Source: Octopus bimaculoides (lineage: Eukaryota). Taken from it: a DNA stretch of 64,000 nucleotides. Below the pieces are notes generated by a model, which made no database searches, was not told where the DNA came from, and saw nothing but the letters and a program-made list of their open reading frames with translations. Position 1 is the first letter of the stretch. Each line of letters starts with the position of its first letter. Shown piece by piece: positions 1-12,777 of this stretch. A program made the translations under genes and the position numbers. Location: the NCBI RefSeq assembly GCF_001194135.2, contig NC_068983.1, positions 114,912,555 through 114,976,554 on the forward strand, in the 5' to 3' direction.

Positions 1-98
1 GGTGAAGCTAGAAATAGAAATTTACAGAGAAAGACAATGAATGCATAACATTTTTAAAATCTTTCTCAAATAAATTAGTAAATTAAATATTAATCGTA

Positions 99-996
99 TA
101 TAGAGTGTTTAGGCTAAACTTGACAGTTTGCATTAAAGGAAAAGAAAACACAATATCACATCCAAAAATAAGAATATTTAAAAAAAATATCAATAAAATT
201 TTGGCTGGAAGATAACAGTTTGCTCAAAGTAGCTGCCCTTAGCTTCTACCATGGCCTAAAGATGACTCTGGAACCTGGCACATGCATTCCTCATTGTGTC
301 TTTGGGAAGATCTTTGAACACATCCTTGATTTTGGCCACCAGTTCAGCCTTAGTGTTACAGGTAGAGTGCTTGATTCTTCCTCAACCATGCCCCATGCTT
401 AGTAATCCATGGGATTACAATCAGAGGAATTAGGAAGCCAGAAATTGGGGCTGGTGAAGTTGTAGAAATTCTCTGGAAACCACTCTTGACTCTTTCCAAA
501 AGTATGGCAAAGTGCCAGATCCTGCTGCCACACATCTGGCCTTCCAGTAGCAACCCACTCTAGCCAGAGTTTGACCACAATGGTCAAACCCTGATAGCGC
601 TACATATAGCCATCTGAATTGAGTATAAGGGTATGTTCAAAGATGTGGGGCAACATGACATCACCCTCACTGGAGAAACATCTACAGGCCACCACAGTTT
701 TGGGTAACTTGATTTTCATGGTGTCCATGTCATTTCTTACAGTCCTTACAGTGTTCAGAGATCATTGAGCATCAGTTATGATGCTAGTAGTTTAATACCC
801 AGCATGGTTCATCATGATGCAGGTAACTCTTTTCCAATATTCAAAGGGCTCCCAACCTCCATGTCAGCTAAGTTTTTCTCAACTACAACTTTAATGATTA
901 TGTGCTCCAATGTCATCAACTGTTCGCCAATATATCATGCTGTTCCCAAAAAAGGAGATATAAAAGAACCATCAAATTTAGCCCACATACCCTGTA
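99..996 (-). mobile_element. Tc1/mariner DD37D (maT-like) transposon, internally deleted and frameshifted
   Basis: TA-flanked TIRs (TA-TAGAGTGTTTAGGCTAAACTTGA ... TCAAATTTAGCCCACATACCCTG-TA). Minus-strand peptide VWQQD-LALCHTFGKSQEWFPENFYNFTSPNFWLPNSSDCNPM-D has exactly 37 residues between the two Asp. Upstream SSEGDVMLPHIF motif. Confidence 0.85.
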
Positions 997-1192
997 AATG
1001 AAATGAGTGAGTTAATCTTTTCATTACTGAATCACCCTAAACCACCTGAGATTTGATTGTTATCAAAATTACCATAACTGTCCAAATGTTACTATTTAAT
1101 TTTTTAAAATCAAAATATTGACAAATTGTGTTACTTGGTTGAAACATGATTTCATTAGATATACATTTCTTGAATATTTTTGGATTTATATC

Positions 1193-1257
<65 letters not shown>
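1193..1257. repeat. (GAT)n microsatellite
   Basis: About 21 perfect GAT units. Confidence 0.95.
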
Positions 1258-1260
<3 letters not shown>

Positions 1261-1319
1261 ATGCTTGTAGAATTATGGTTTTCAAAGAAATGATGTTGTC
1301 CTATGACAAATTAGAACAC

Positions 1320-1760
1320 ACTGTAAACCTAAAGCTAATAATATACTATTATATGGTCAACAATATCTATTGATTCTGCAACTATTATGATTTCCTCAGC
1401 CATTAGCCAAAATACTGCAATGGTTGAACCCATTCCATTGAAGACATCTGAAAAAAAAGTCTTAAACATCAAGTACAGGAGCAGAATCATCAATAAAGAA
1501 ATCCTGCAAAGATCAAATTAACAACCTTTGCAGAAGTTCTCAAGTAAACACTAAACAACATGCAAAAAAATCATACTGGCTATCTCTAAGTGGGAAGAAA
1601 AAAAGAAAAGGTCATGCAAAACCTGGTGAAGCAGTCAGAAATGTGTGTAGGATCTGGTTTTCACATGAGAAGAAGGAAGAAAAGTTATTTAAAGAAGCAA
1701 ATGGAGAAGACTTTTTGACTGATATGCCATCCAGTACAAGAGGAGCTAAGTCTAAGTAAG
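1320..1760 (+). mobile_element. Old degenerate RTE-clade LINE fragment (RT C-terminus)
   Basis: Broken frames give LLYG.., FH*RHLKKVLNIKYRSRIINKEILQRSN and GKKKRKGH.., resembling the RTE C-terminal motifs LLYGSETW / LRKILNIKW / GKRKRGRP. Confidence 0.5.
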
Positions 1761-1814
1761 TACAAGGACGAAACTACTGTGGTTTTGAGAGAGTAAAAAG
1801 GTGAGACATGCCAT

Positions 1815-2155
1815 TACAGGTCATCATCATCTTCATCACCCTTTGACGTGATTGAACAGCCAGTCTCAACCAGTTGGTGTTCACTGTATAATTTGTGCTA
1901 TTCATCCTTTTGATTACTGAATATAAAACCAGGCTTGCAAGACCTCCATTTGAGTGTCTTTGCTGAGTCACCACCTCACCCTCGTATGCTAATCCATTAT
2001 ATACAAGGTTACCCATTTACAGCTGACTGAACTGGAGCAACATGAAGTGAAGTGTTTTCCTCAAGAACACAACACACCACCCTGTTTAGGAACTGAACCC
2101 ATGGCCAAGCAATCGTGAGTGCAACATCCTAACCACTAGGCCACACACCTTCACA
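1815..2155 (-). mobile_element. tRNA-derived SINE (V/Meta-like core); related copies near 27900-28070 and 29740-29870
   Basis: Minus strand reads GTGTGGCCTAGTGGTTAGG (A box) ... GGGTTCAGTTCC (B box) ... CTTGAGGAAAACACTT ... CAGCTGTAAATGGGTAA. Confidence 0.6.
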
Positions 2156-2420
2156 GGTAAGGTAGTCAACAGAGAAACAAATACATACAGTGAAAAAAAA
2201 AAAACAAAAAAAACTGAATCAAGACAAAGACAGCAAAAGTTACCCATTAGCCAACTAAACAGACTTATTTCCACTGATCTTCTATTTAATTTATCTTATT
2301 GCTATGAGGAGTGAAATTCGTTGTTGTCGGCTGGTCAGACTGATACAAGAGGAGTTTTTGTGCCTTGACTAGATATACAAACACAATGGCTGTTGTAAGT
2401 AGTAGTAGTAGTAGTAGTAG

Positions 2421-2819
2421 TGTTTGTTGGCACTCCGTCGCTTACGACGTNNNNNNNNNNNNNNGAGGGTTTCAGTTGATCCGATCAACGGAACAGCCTG
2501 CTCGTGAAATTAACGTGCAAGTGGCTGAGCACTCCACAGACATGTGTACCCTTAACGTAGTTCTCGGGGATATTCAGCGTGACACAGTGTGACAAGGTTG
2601 AACCTTTGAATTACAGGCATAACAGAAACAGGAAGTAAGAGTGAGAGAAAGTTGTGGTGAAAGAGTACAGCAGGGTTCGCCACCATCCCCTGCTGAAGCC
2701 TCGTGGAGCTTTAGGTGTTTTCGCTCAATAAACACTCACAACGCCCGGTCTGGGAATTGAAACCGCAATCCTATGACTGCGAGTCCGCTGCCCTAACCAC
2801 TGGGCCATTGCGCCTCCAC
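2421..2819 (-). mobile_element. SINE family A (~390 bp, tRNA-Arg-like head, (CAA)n tail)
   Basis: Near-identical to six other copies. A box TGGCCCAGTGG, B box GGTTTCAATTCC. Inserted into an (AGT)n microsatellite present on both sides. Confidence 0.9.
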
Positions 2820-3077
2820 AGTAGTAGTAGTAGTAAAGTCTGAATGCAAGGCCTGATGATGAGGATGATGATGGTGATTAAGGTGGAAAGCTGGCAGAAT
2901 CATATGGATATTGGGAGAAAAATGTTTTCAGCAAGTTCTGTACATTTTGTTTTTCAAACTTTTGGGATTAATAAAATAAGGTACCAGTAACATCCACCCC
3001 TAGGGGTCAGCCACACTTAAGTGGCAATATACTACACTTTATCGTGCAGTTACTGTTAATACTTCATTTAGAGAATT

Positions 3078-3126
<49 letters not shown>

Positions 3127-3888
3127 CTGTATTTACATATCTAGATAGGTATATTGTGTCTTATACAAATAGTTGAACATTGCAATTTTGAGGGAGACCA
3201 AATAAACTCAGGCAATAAAATGAAAATATAAAATAATAATTGAAATAGCATAAATAAATGTGTATGTTTGTGTGTGTGCACGCGTGCGTGTGAAATAGTG
3301 AAATAAACAAACAAACAAAATGGCAAGAAAATGAATATCAATATGAATATTGGCCAATAATGAACAAATATTTCAGTTGGGAGAATTTAAAGGAATATTT
3401 CTTATCAAGCATTATCAGATAAATATTTAGGACTTAAGCAGGAATGTCAAAGGGGTTTTAAGCTAGATGCTGTTTAATGCCAAGAAATAGCTGCTGGTTA
3501 CCTAAAAACACACTAAATGAGCTGGGAATTTGGCAAATAGAAAGATATGGAGAGAGTCCCAAGACCAAAATTGAGATCAAAGTCTCAATGAAAGATTATA
3601 GAAAACCCTTATATTTGCAAATTCAAATATATTAATTACAGGGCACATAAATTAAAATACCTTATCATTTAACTACAGCAACAACAACAATATTTGATAA
3701 ATAGCAGATTTCTGTGTGTGAATGTCTGTATGTCTATGTGCACATGTATAGTGTTATGTGTGTATGTATTTCTGTATCTATGAACATATTGCATGGAACT
3801 TGATTGTGCCTGTACACATACATGTTTGTGTGAGTGTTATATATGTATAAGATCATCTCTGTGATTATGTGCTTATGTATGTGTGAGT

Positions 3889-3936
<48 letters not shown>

Positions 3937-4246
3937 TAGAGAGAGAGAATTCACAAGTGCTTCTGTCAGCAAATATCAATAAAAGATAAAAATACAAAAA
4001 AAAGTGAGATAAAGAAAAAGTCAGCAGAAATTTTTACTTTTTATTGCAAAATACTGTTTTTTATGGTGCTTCAAGATGGCTGCAGAAAACAGGTTGGAGT
4101 TAGTAAAGAAGAAAAAAAAAAAAAATTCAGTGGTTATTTTAATACGATTTCTTAAGTGTTTCTATACTCTTATGGTTATTTTCACATTATTTACACCTTT
4201 AATAACATTTAGGGAAAGATTAACATCACAACATCTTTTCCCCACA

Positions 4247-4815
4247 TACAGTTACACCTCACTTTATGAGGACCTGCTTTACAAGACCCCAGGTTTACAA
4301 GTTTTATAATAAATTTTTCAAGAACAAGATCCAAATTTTGAATGAAGTGCAGAAGTTTCTGCTACCATAACAAATGCTTCTCTGTGTTACCGAGAAATTT
4401 GTAGAGTGAAAAAAGCTTCTTCTAAGCAAACAACTCTAGACTTATCTTTTAGAAAGAAATCTATAAGTCTGTCTATGAGTGCTTGTGAATCAGTGATCAC
4501 GTCTACAAGTAATAATGTGCATAAGTCTAGTGTGAGTGAAAGTGATGCAGAAAACAATTATAATAATAATATCTTTTACTATAAATGATCTTGACATTCT
4601 TTTTACTTTACATGAAATATTCTTTACATTCTACTGTTGTTTTATTGCCATTTATCTATGAGTATCATACATTTTATTGGTAAAATATCTTTCTGAGAAC
4701 AAATTACAATTTATAACATTGCTACTATGGAAAATTACTGCTCTGCTTTACGAGTTTTTCGCTTTATGAGTGGTCTCTGGGAACAAATTAACTCATCTAT
4801 CAAGACATTACTGTA
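4247..4815 (+). mobile_element. Tigger/pogo-like non-autonomous DNA transposon
   Basis: TA-CAGTTACACCTC...ACATTACTG-TA ends. Internal peptide DPNFE*SAEV...CYREICRVKKASSKQTTLDLSFRK matches the Tigger transposase C-terminus. Confidence 0.7.
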
Positions 4816-4923
4816 TTTACAAATTTGATTTTAAAAAATGATATGTTATTAACAGAAATTGCTGATCACAAAAAATAAAAAATGAACAAATTAATTCTAT
4901 TTGGTTGTTACTATTGTTGCATA

Positions 4924-5300
4924 GTGGAAGTGCAATGGCCCAGTGGTTAGGGCAGCGGACTCGCAGTCATAGGATCGCAGTTTCGATTCCCAGACAGGGC
5001 GTTGTGAGTGTTTATTGAGCGAAAACACCTAAAGCTCCACGAGGCTCCGGCAGGGGATGGTGGCGAACCCTGCTGTACTCTTCCACCACAACTTTCTCTT
5101 CCTGTTTCTGTTGTGCCTGGAATTCAAAGGGTCAGCCTTGTCACACTGTGTCACGCTGAATATCCCCGAGAACTACGTTAAGGGTACACGTGTCTGTGGA
5201 GCGCTCATCCACTTGCATGTTAATTTCACGAGCAGGCTGTTCCGTTGATCAGATCAACTGGAACCCTTGACGTCGTAAGCAACGGAGTGCCAACAACAAC
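4924..5300 (+). mobile_element. SINE family A
   Basis: Full copy. 11-bp TSD ATTGTTGCATA (4913-4923 / 5308-5318). Confidence 0.92.
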
Positions 5301-5512
5301 AATAATAATTGTTGCATAACAGCAGATCAGCTATGATAGCCAATGTACATGTTTAAGTTGTTCTCTTCTTTCTCAACTCTTTGGTTTCAGTTCTGTCCTA
5401 CTGCATGGCATCGTGGCCAAATGTCTTCTACTATAGTCCAGGACCAAAGAAAATCTTTTGAGTGGATTTAGTAGAATGAGACTGAAAGAACAGTCACATA
5501 CCTAAATATATT

Positions 5513-5550
<38 letters not shown>

Positions 5551-5681
5551 CTGTCTGTCTGTGTCTGTGCACACGCACGTGCATTGCATGCTTTAGTCAG
5601 CCCGAGGCTATAGTAGAAGACACTTGCCCAAAGTGCAACACAGTGACACTGAACCCAGAATCATGTGGTTGGTAAGAAAGC

Positions 5682-6600
5682 TAGTTTATTTCATAGATAT
5701 TTGCCATAAAGGCATTACAAAGAGGGGACGAACAAGGACAGACAAACATAAGGGGTGAAGTAGCTGTATCGATTAAATATTTACAATTTTAAATACACAA
5801 TAATAATTTGATTATATTTACAATGTTCGATTAAAGCATTGCTCATTACAGATGCAATTAGTAATGGCTTTCCTGAAGGATAGGCATCCGACCACCAGGG
5901 TAGACCCCTTGCTTTTTCTTTCTCTTGTTTTTGGCTCCCACTTACCTGGTGCCAAACACTCCCACCTTCCTCGCCACAGGCTTCTTTCTTCTCATGAATC
6001 TGTCTCGTCACAGATACCTCTTCTCCAGCCTGATCTTACTACTGAGGTGGTAACAAAAAAAGTTAACTAACCCCTGGCCAGATACAAAGGTATCCGTCAC
6101 TATGCCTCTTACACGCGTCTTCCATACTGTTTCTTTCAGTATGGCTACTACGCAGGGAGGCGGCACAATCTCGATGATAGATTCAGCTGATAGCTTACTC
6201 TTCCCATCGATGACAGCAGTTGTTCTGCGAAAACTATCAGTCTTGTTAATTCTGGACATTCCACGAATGCGTGCAAGATGGTTTCCATGTCCTGCTCGCA
6301 CCTCGGACATGTTGGTGTTACGGCACTTTCGTGCCTTGACATTTTATCCCGAACAGGTAATGCCACACGGAAGCACTGCCAAGCCAGGGATTTCTGGTAA
6401 TTGTCCAGATACCCCAGCCCGAAAGTTCTCCTGAACAGGTTGGTCAACTGATTTTCTTCGTAGCCCAGGGTCTCCCCCAAGGCGTCTTCGGACCTAAATC
6501 CCACTAACTCGCTATAAAAATCCGTGGTGGAACTCCTGTTGCCAGCATTGCCCGCCCAAGAGAGTAGCTGAAATGCCTTACCACACGGCCACTCCTGTGT
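5682..6600 (-). mobile_element. Tx1/L1-clade LINE 3' end (zf-RVT domain, ORF2 C-terminus, 3' UTR), 5'-truncated
   Basis: QKSLAWQCFRVALPVRDK...CPRCEQDMETILHAFVECP is a CCHC zinc knuckle. It continues after a frameshift as VVAILKETVWKTR..FCYHLSSKIRLEKRYL. Confidence 0.85.
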
Positions 6601-6627
6601 GTGTATGTTTGTGTATGTGTGTGTGTC

Positions 6628-7017
6628 TGCCCCTGGATTGGCTCTTGTGCAGGTGGCACATAAAATACACCATTTTGAGCGTGGCCATTGCCAGTACTGC
6701 CTGACTGGCCTTCGTAGGATTTTCGAGCGAGATCGTTGCCAGTGCCCCTGGACTGGCTCTTGTGTGGGTGGCACATAAAATACACCATTTTGAGCATGGC
6801 CGTTGCCAGTACCGCCTGACTGGCCTTCATGCGGGTGACACGTAAAAGCACCCACTACACTCTCTGAGTGGTTGGCGTTAGGAAGGGCATCCAGCTGTAG
6901 AAACTCTACCAAATCAGATTGGAGCCTGGTGTTGCCATCCGGTTTCACCAGTCCTCAGTCAAATCGTCCAACCCATGCTAGCATGGAAAGCGGCCGTTAA
7001 ACGATGATGATGATGAT
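6628..7017 (+). mobile_element. 5'-truncated RTE LINE 3' UTR with (GAT)n tail
   Basis: Homologous to the UTR attached to the RTE ORF end at 51472-52460. Ends GCATGGAAAGCGGCCGTTAAACGATGATGAT. Internal ~85-bp duplication. Confidence 0.8.
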
Positions 7018-7047
7018 AATATATATATATATATCATCATACATACA

Positions 7048-7096
<49 letters not shown>

Positions 7097-7958
7097 TGTC
7101 AGGAAAAATATAAATCAAACAAATGACTGGTCACCAAATGAGTCAAATATACAGGGTTTATTTCAGAAATATGCGGTGACAGAAAGAGTCGGTAACTGTC
7201 ATGAAGTGTTGAAAGTAAAATTATTGGTGATATTCATATGTCTTTTGTTATGAGACACTGGTAATTATGGAGGAGGTTATCTAGTGTGTGTGTACATGCG
7301 TGGTGCGTGTGTATAGGGAAGGAGAGAGGAAAACAATGTGTCATTTGAAGGGAGAGATAGAGAATCAAGGGGAATGAGAAAGTCGTCCAAGAAGGGTGGC
7401 GGGGGAGTGGGTCAGTCAGTAGATAGATGGCAAGTGAGAGAAAAAGAAAGTAATAGCAACCCAAACTGTTTCTTCTTTTTACACCCTCTTCCCCCTTACA
7501 GCCCGTTTGTACACTGGACAGAAAGTGTGGAGCAACAGGGAGACATTGCAAGTAATTCAATGGTAGGCAAAAGTGAAGACAGTAAATTGCAGTTTCTACA
7601 CAAACATCACCACAATACTACCACCATCAATAACACACACACACACACACACACACTTTCATACATATATAAGTAGACAAGAAGCAAGAAATAGAGTGCA
7701 ATATTTGATACTGAGCTAAATTTATCATCCAAAACTAATAGGTTACAGCCTAGCGAAGGAAAGAATCATAAGAGACGGAGGAGACAGGGAGGTGGAAGCG
7801 AGAGAGGAGAGAAGGAAACAGCTGGACAAGGAGTAGTAGCAATAAATAAATAGATATATTTTAAAACAAAAACAAAAACAAACAACATGAGGTTGAAAGA
7901 AAAGAAAATGAAAGCTGAACAAGAATAACTAACAATTACAAAAAAAAAAAAAATACAT

Positions 7959-8124
7959 AGGAGTGGCTGTGTGGTAAGTAGCTTGCTTACCAACCACATG
8001 GTTCTGGGTTCAGTCCCACTGCGTGGCACCTTGGGCAAGTGTCTTCTACTATAGCCTCGGGCCGACCAAAGCCTTGTGAGTGGATTTGGTAGACGGAAAC
8101 TGAAAGAAGCCCGTCGTATATATG

Positions 8125-8170
<46 letters not shown>

Positions 8171-8374
8171 TGTGTCTGTGTTTGTCCCCCCACTATCGCT
8201 TGACAACCGATGCTGGTGTGTTTACGTCCCCGTAACTTAGCGGTTCGGCAAAAAGAGACCAATAGAATAAGTACTAGGCTTACAAAGAATAAGTCCTGGG
8301 GTCGATTTTCTCGACTAAAAGTCGGTGCTCCAGCATGGCCGCAGTCAAATGACTGAAACAAGTAAAAGAGTAAA
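7959..8374 (+). mobile_element. CORE-type SINE family C with central (TA)/(TG) microsatellite, best-preserved copy
   Basis: tRNA-like head, GGTTCAGTCCC B box, CORE-like ACCTTGGGCAAGTGTCTT, tail ...GACTGAAACAAGTAAAAGAG. More than 10 degraded copies elsewhere. Confidence 0.85.
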
Positions 8375-8859
8375 GTTATACTAGATCAACTAACTAAATA
8401 GCAGAATATGGTTAAGAAGTTGGAAATGTATTTTAGTTGGTGGCGATATGAGGTATCACAGCTTACTAGAGAGGGAGGAGGGAGAGAGGGGTAGTGAGAG
8501 ACATAAAGAGTGACTGAAAAAGAAAAGCAATATCTAGGAGTCTCAAAATTTGCAGAGATCCACGTGTTAAGTAGTCATCAATTACCTTTTTACTTGTTTC
8601 AGTCATCTGACTGCGGTCATGCTGGGGCATTGCCTTGAAGGGTTTTAGTCGAACAAATCAGCCCCAGGACTTATTTTCTTTTTTAAAGCCTAGTACTTAT
8701 TCTATTGGAGTATATTTTTTTGGAGTATATTTTTATACTATATAACATATAGTATAATTATAAATTTTAGCCATCTCTCTGCAGACTGAAAAAATTATGA
8801 ACAAGCTTTTTTTAAACTTTATTGGTTTCTCATCAGAGGTGTCTACATCATTCTGACAG

Positions 8860-8943
8860 TCTCCAAAGAAACAAGCAGCCAAACTGTTATATACTCAACA
8901 AATGCAGCAGTTACTCTATGAAGGAGTTCCTAATTTGCATGCT
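8860..8943 (+). CDS. Candidate host exon (SPKKQAAKLLYTQQMQQLLYEGVPNLHA), phase 0-0
   Basis: tctacatcattctgacag acceptor, GCT|gtaagt donor, open 84 nt in non-repeat DNA. No homology recognised. Confidence 0.25.
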
Positions 8944-9103
8944 GTAAGTGCTTAACACCCTATAAATACCAGTGACCTGTCAACAGGGATCTTAGTCCAC
9001 ACAGTATCAAGGTATGATAAAATATATATGTAACATATGGTATAATTATAAACAGGGCAAATTTTAGCCATTTTTATCATAATAATAATAATANNNNNNN
9101 NNN

Positions 9104-9179
<76 letters not shown>

Positions 9180-9185
9180 GTTATT

Positions 9186-9365
9186 AGGTAGCAAGCTGGC
9201 AGCATCATAACCATGCCAGGCAAAATTCTTAATAGCATTTCATCTGTCGTTATGTTCCAAGTTCAAATTCTGCTAAGATTGACTTTGCTTTTCATCCTTT
9301 CGGAGTCAATAAAGTAATTGTCAGTCAAATACTGGGCTCGATGTAATCAACTTAACCCTCCTCTG
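9186..9365 (+). mobile_element. Nin/Deu-domain SINE (D2 type); similar copy at ~10139-10350
   Basis: GTTCAAATTC B box followed by TTGACTTTGCTTTTCATCCTTTCGGAGTCAATAAAGTA (Deu/Nin core). Confidence 0.7.
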
Positions 9366-9599
9366 AAAAACTGCTGTGTCAAAACTTTGAAACCATCATC
9401 TTTCTGTTTCCATTTCTTGCCAAGTGTCTTCCTGACACCTAGGGCAGAGAACTGCACTATATACATTGGTAGGTCATTAAAACAAACACACCAGATTGTT
9501 CATTTACAAAGTCATGTGACAGAAGAAAAAGGGAAGAAAAACAGAGAAAAAGGGAAAAATAAAAAATAAAAAAGTAAACAAAAAAAGGGTGGGGAGAGA

Positions 9600-10094
9600 A
9601 AGAAAATTCACAGCAACAATGCTCTTCACAGTATGTGTTAGATCCCAGTTAAGACAATCTTTTGCACTTTCTGCATGGATGGTAAGCCAGGGATCATTCT
9701 TAAATAATTTTCAGTTCATTTTTTGATCATTCCAAGTACTCCTACAATCACTGGTATTGTAACTGTCTTGAGATGCCACATCTTTATATTTTGAGCTTAC
9801 CAAATTCTTTTGCTGAGATATTATGGTCACAGGGTATGCTCACATCAATCAATAAACAAACTTTGTTTTAATCTTTCACAACAATATCTGGTTTATTTGT
9901 TTTGATGATCTGTACATACTGGGAAGTCCCAAAGAATTGTTACATTTTCTCCCTCAGTTACAGCCTCGGGGTGGTGCTTGTACCATTTGTCAGCAGTTTT
10001 GATTTTATGTCAACACATTATCCAGTGTAGATATTGGCCAATTCTGTCATGTCTTGATTTGTGCTCTATAGGTGCTAAAACCTTACACCCAGAG
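9600..10094 (-). mobile_element. R4/Dong-like non-LTR retrotransposon 3' fragment (restriction-like endonuclease region)
   Basis: SGCKVLAPIEHKSRHDRIGQYLHW..KWYKHHPEAVTEGENVTILWDFP..KMWHLKTVTIPVIVGVLGMIKK, with stops and frameshifts. Confidence 0.85.
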
Positions 10095-10384
10095 ATTACT
10101 ATTATTATTATAATTATTATCATCATTATTATTATCAAAATGTAGAGCTAGCAGAACTGTTAGCATGTCAGACAAAATGTTTAGTGGCATTCGTCCATTC
10201 TTACATTCTAAGTTCAAATTTCACTGAAGTTGACTTTGCCTTTCATCTCTTTTGGGATTGATGAAAAATGTGCCAGCGAAGCACTGGGATTGAGATAAAT
10301 GACTGGCTTTCTCCCCCAAATTTCAGATCTTTTGCCTATAGTAGGAAATAATCAACTCGTCACCATATTAATAATACTAATAAC

Positions 10385-10611
10385 TTAACCCTTTAATATG
10401 TAAACAGGCCATATCCAGCCAAAATATTCTACCTGTTTTACGTTTGGTCCAGTGAAATCTAGCCTCTTGTGCATACCCAACAATGTCATTTTAAAAATAG
10501 ACAGTCATCTCATTGAAATCTTGAAGTTACAAGATAATGCACAAGTAATTTGAAACAATATGGGTAAATAAGCATCTCATTTGACAAAGTAATTTGATGC
10601 TAAAGGTTTAA
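10385..10611. mobile_element. piggyBac-like MITE family E
   Basis: TTAA-CCCTTTA start and degenerate TAAAGGTTTAA end. Homologous to 25750, 47869, 51188 and 41610. Confidence 0.65.
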
Positions 10612-11361
10612 AGTAGTAATAACAAAAATAGTTGCTAACATAGACACAGGGCCACAAATTTAAAGAGAGAGAGGNNNNNNNNNNGGGGGGGGGGGTTAAT
10701 TGATTAAATTCACCCTGATGTATAACTACTAGTTTATTTTGTTGACTCCAGAAAGATGAAAGGAAAAATATATATTTTCGCTCATTTATTTTTGGTAATA
10801 TAAGATCAGCATGTTTCTTCTATAAGAGGTTCATCTGATTCCCTCAATGAGAAGGAGAGAGAGAGAGAGAAGGGAGAGAGAGAATGTGTTTTGCATGGAA
10901 GAGTGAGAGAGAGAAAGAGCCTATCTGTTTTTCCATACTAGTATGAGTTAGATGAATATATATTATTGAGGCATTATTTTATGAGATACATTTTTTGTTG
11001 CCAACCTGTATTTGTTTGACAAGTAAAGGATTGCTTATTCCCCACATCTTCAAAAGCACAGAGTCAGCAGAAAATTTGATGACAGGGAAATTATAATTAT
11101 CTTCATCGCTTTATAGCTCAGTGCTTTTGCATGCAAAGTGCACTAGAAGTAAACATTGGTACACAAAGATATGCACTCACACACGCAATGAACTTTGTAC
11201 AGTTTATAATTTACAAGATATTGATTACCTCAGGGCTAGAGTAGAAGACATTTTCCCAAAGTACTGTGACTGTACCCAAAGCAATGTGATTGACAAGCAA
11301 ACTTCTTAACCACACAGCTCACATAGAGCAGCATTTGGATTGGACTTGTATGTACGGTTTC

Positions 11362-11399
<38 letters not shown>

Positions 11400-11775
11400 A
11401 CCATCAGTGTAACTTTAACAAAATACCACAAAGTAAATTAAACAGAACACAAGGAGTTCAATTTCAGGTGGGACTGGTGTTTAACAAATTTAAAGAAAAA
11501 CTAGAAATGTTCTCATACTCTTAAACATATATACAAGCATAATATACTCACATATATATTACACAAACATAAACACACACACACACACATACACATGTAT
11601 GTATGTATTTGCATACAAACATTTTAAGTATTTCTTTGTTAATAGGTAAGGAAAAACATGACTAGTAATATAATGCAGATGAGCACACACACACACATAT
11701 ACATACAAACACATATACACACACCCACATTAAGAGTTATACAGGAAGAAACTCACTCAAAATACAGTAAACATT

Positions 11776-11814
<39 letters not shown>

Positions 11815-12777
11815 ATATTGAATTACTGAAAAATAAAAAGTTAAAATATTAAAATTTGCAAAACAAATTATTTTTGGTAATATAAGATCAGCATGTTCCT
11901 TNNNNNNNNNNNNNNNNNNNNNNNNNNNNNNNNNNNNNNNNNNNNNNNNNNNNNNNNNNNNNNNNNNNNNNNNNNNNNNNNNNNNNNNNNNNNNNNNNNN
12001 NNNNNNNNNNNNNNNNNNNNNNNNNNNNNNNNNNNNNNNNNNNNNNNNNNNNNNNNNNNNNNNNNNNNNNNNNNNNNNNNNNNNNNNNNNNNNNNNNNNN
12101 NNNNNNNNNNNNNNNNNNNNNNNNNNNNNNNNNNNNNNNNNNNNNNNNNNNNNNNNNNNNNNNNNNNNNNNNNNNNNNNNNNNNNNNNNNNNNNNNNNNN
12201 NNNNNNNNNNNNNNNNNNNNNNNNNNNNNNNNNNNNNNNNNNNNNNNNNNNNNNNNNNNNNNNNNNNNNNNNNNNNNNNNNNNNNNNNNNNNNNNNNNNN
12301 NNNNNNNNNNNNNNNNNNNNNNNNNNNNNNNNNNNNNNNNNNNNNNNNNNNNNNNNNNNNNNNNNNNNNNNNNNNNNNNNNNNNNNNNNNNNNNNNNNNN
12401 NNNNNNNNNNNNNNNNNNNNNNNNNNNNNNNNNNNNNNNNNNNNNNNNNNNNNNNNNNNNNNNNNNNNNNNNNNNNNNNNNNNNNNNNNNNNNNNNNNNN
12501 NNNNNNNNNNNNNNNNNNNNNNNNNNNNNNNNNNNNNNNNNNNNNNNNNNNNNNNNNNNNNNNNNNNNNNNNNNNNNNNNNNNNNNNNNNNNNNNNNNNN
12601 NNNNNNNNNNNNNNGTATATACACACACACACACATATGTATATATGTATATATAAACAATTCTCTCTCTGTCTCTCAACCCTTTACAGTGTTATATAAC
12701 TGCCTATGGTCAAGGCAAATAAGAAATAGCAAACTTGATAGAAACAAGCAGCCAAATCTCTCTTAAATCCCAATGCC

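Noticed and set aside
4924-5000. SINE heads as functional tRNA genes
   Set aside because: No acceptor stem or complete cloverleaf, and each continues into a SINE body with a TSD.
8785-8943. Exon-like frames interrupted by one TGA (also 34129-34300), suggesting A-to-I stop recoding or selenocysteine
   Set aside because: In both cases an AG acceptor just after the stop explains the downstream open frame. No SECIS or editing duplex is evident.
11737-12699. Long ORFs in the track around 11.7-12.7, 15.3-15.8, 39.7-40.4, 46.4-46.6 and 54.7-55.5 kb
   Set aside because: They run through N-gaps and are artefacts.
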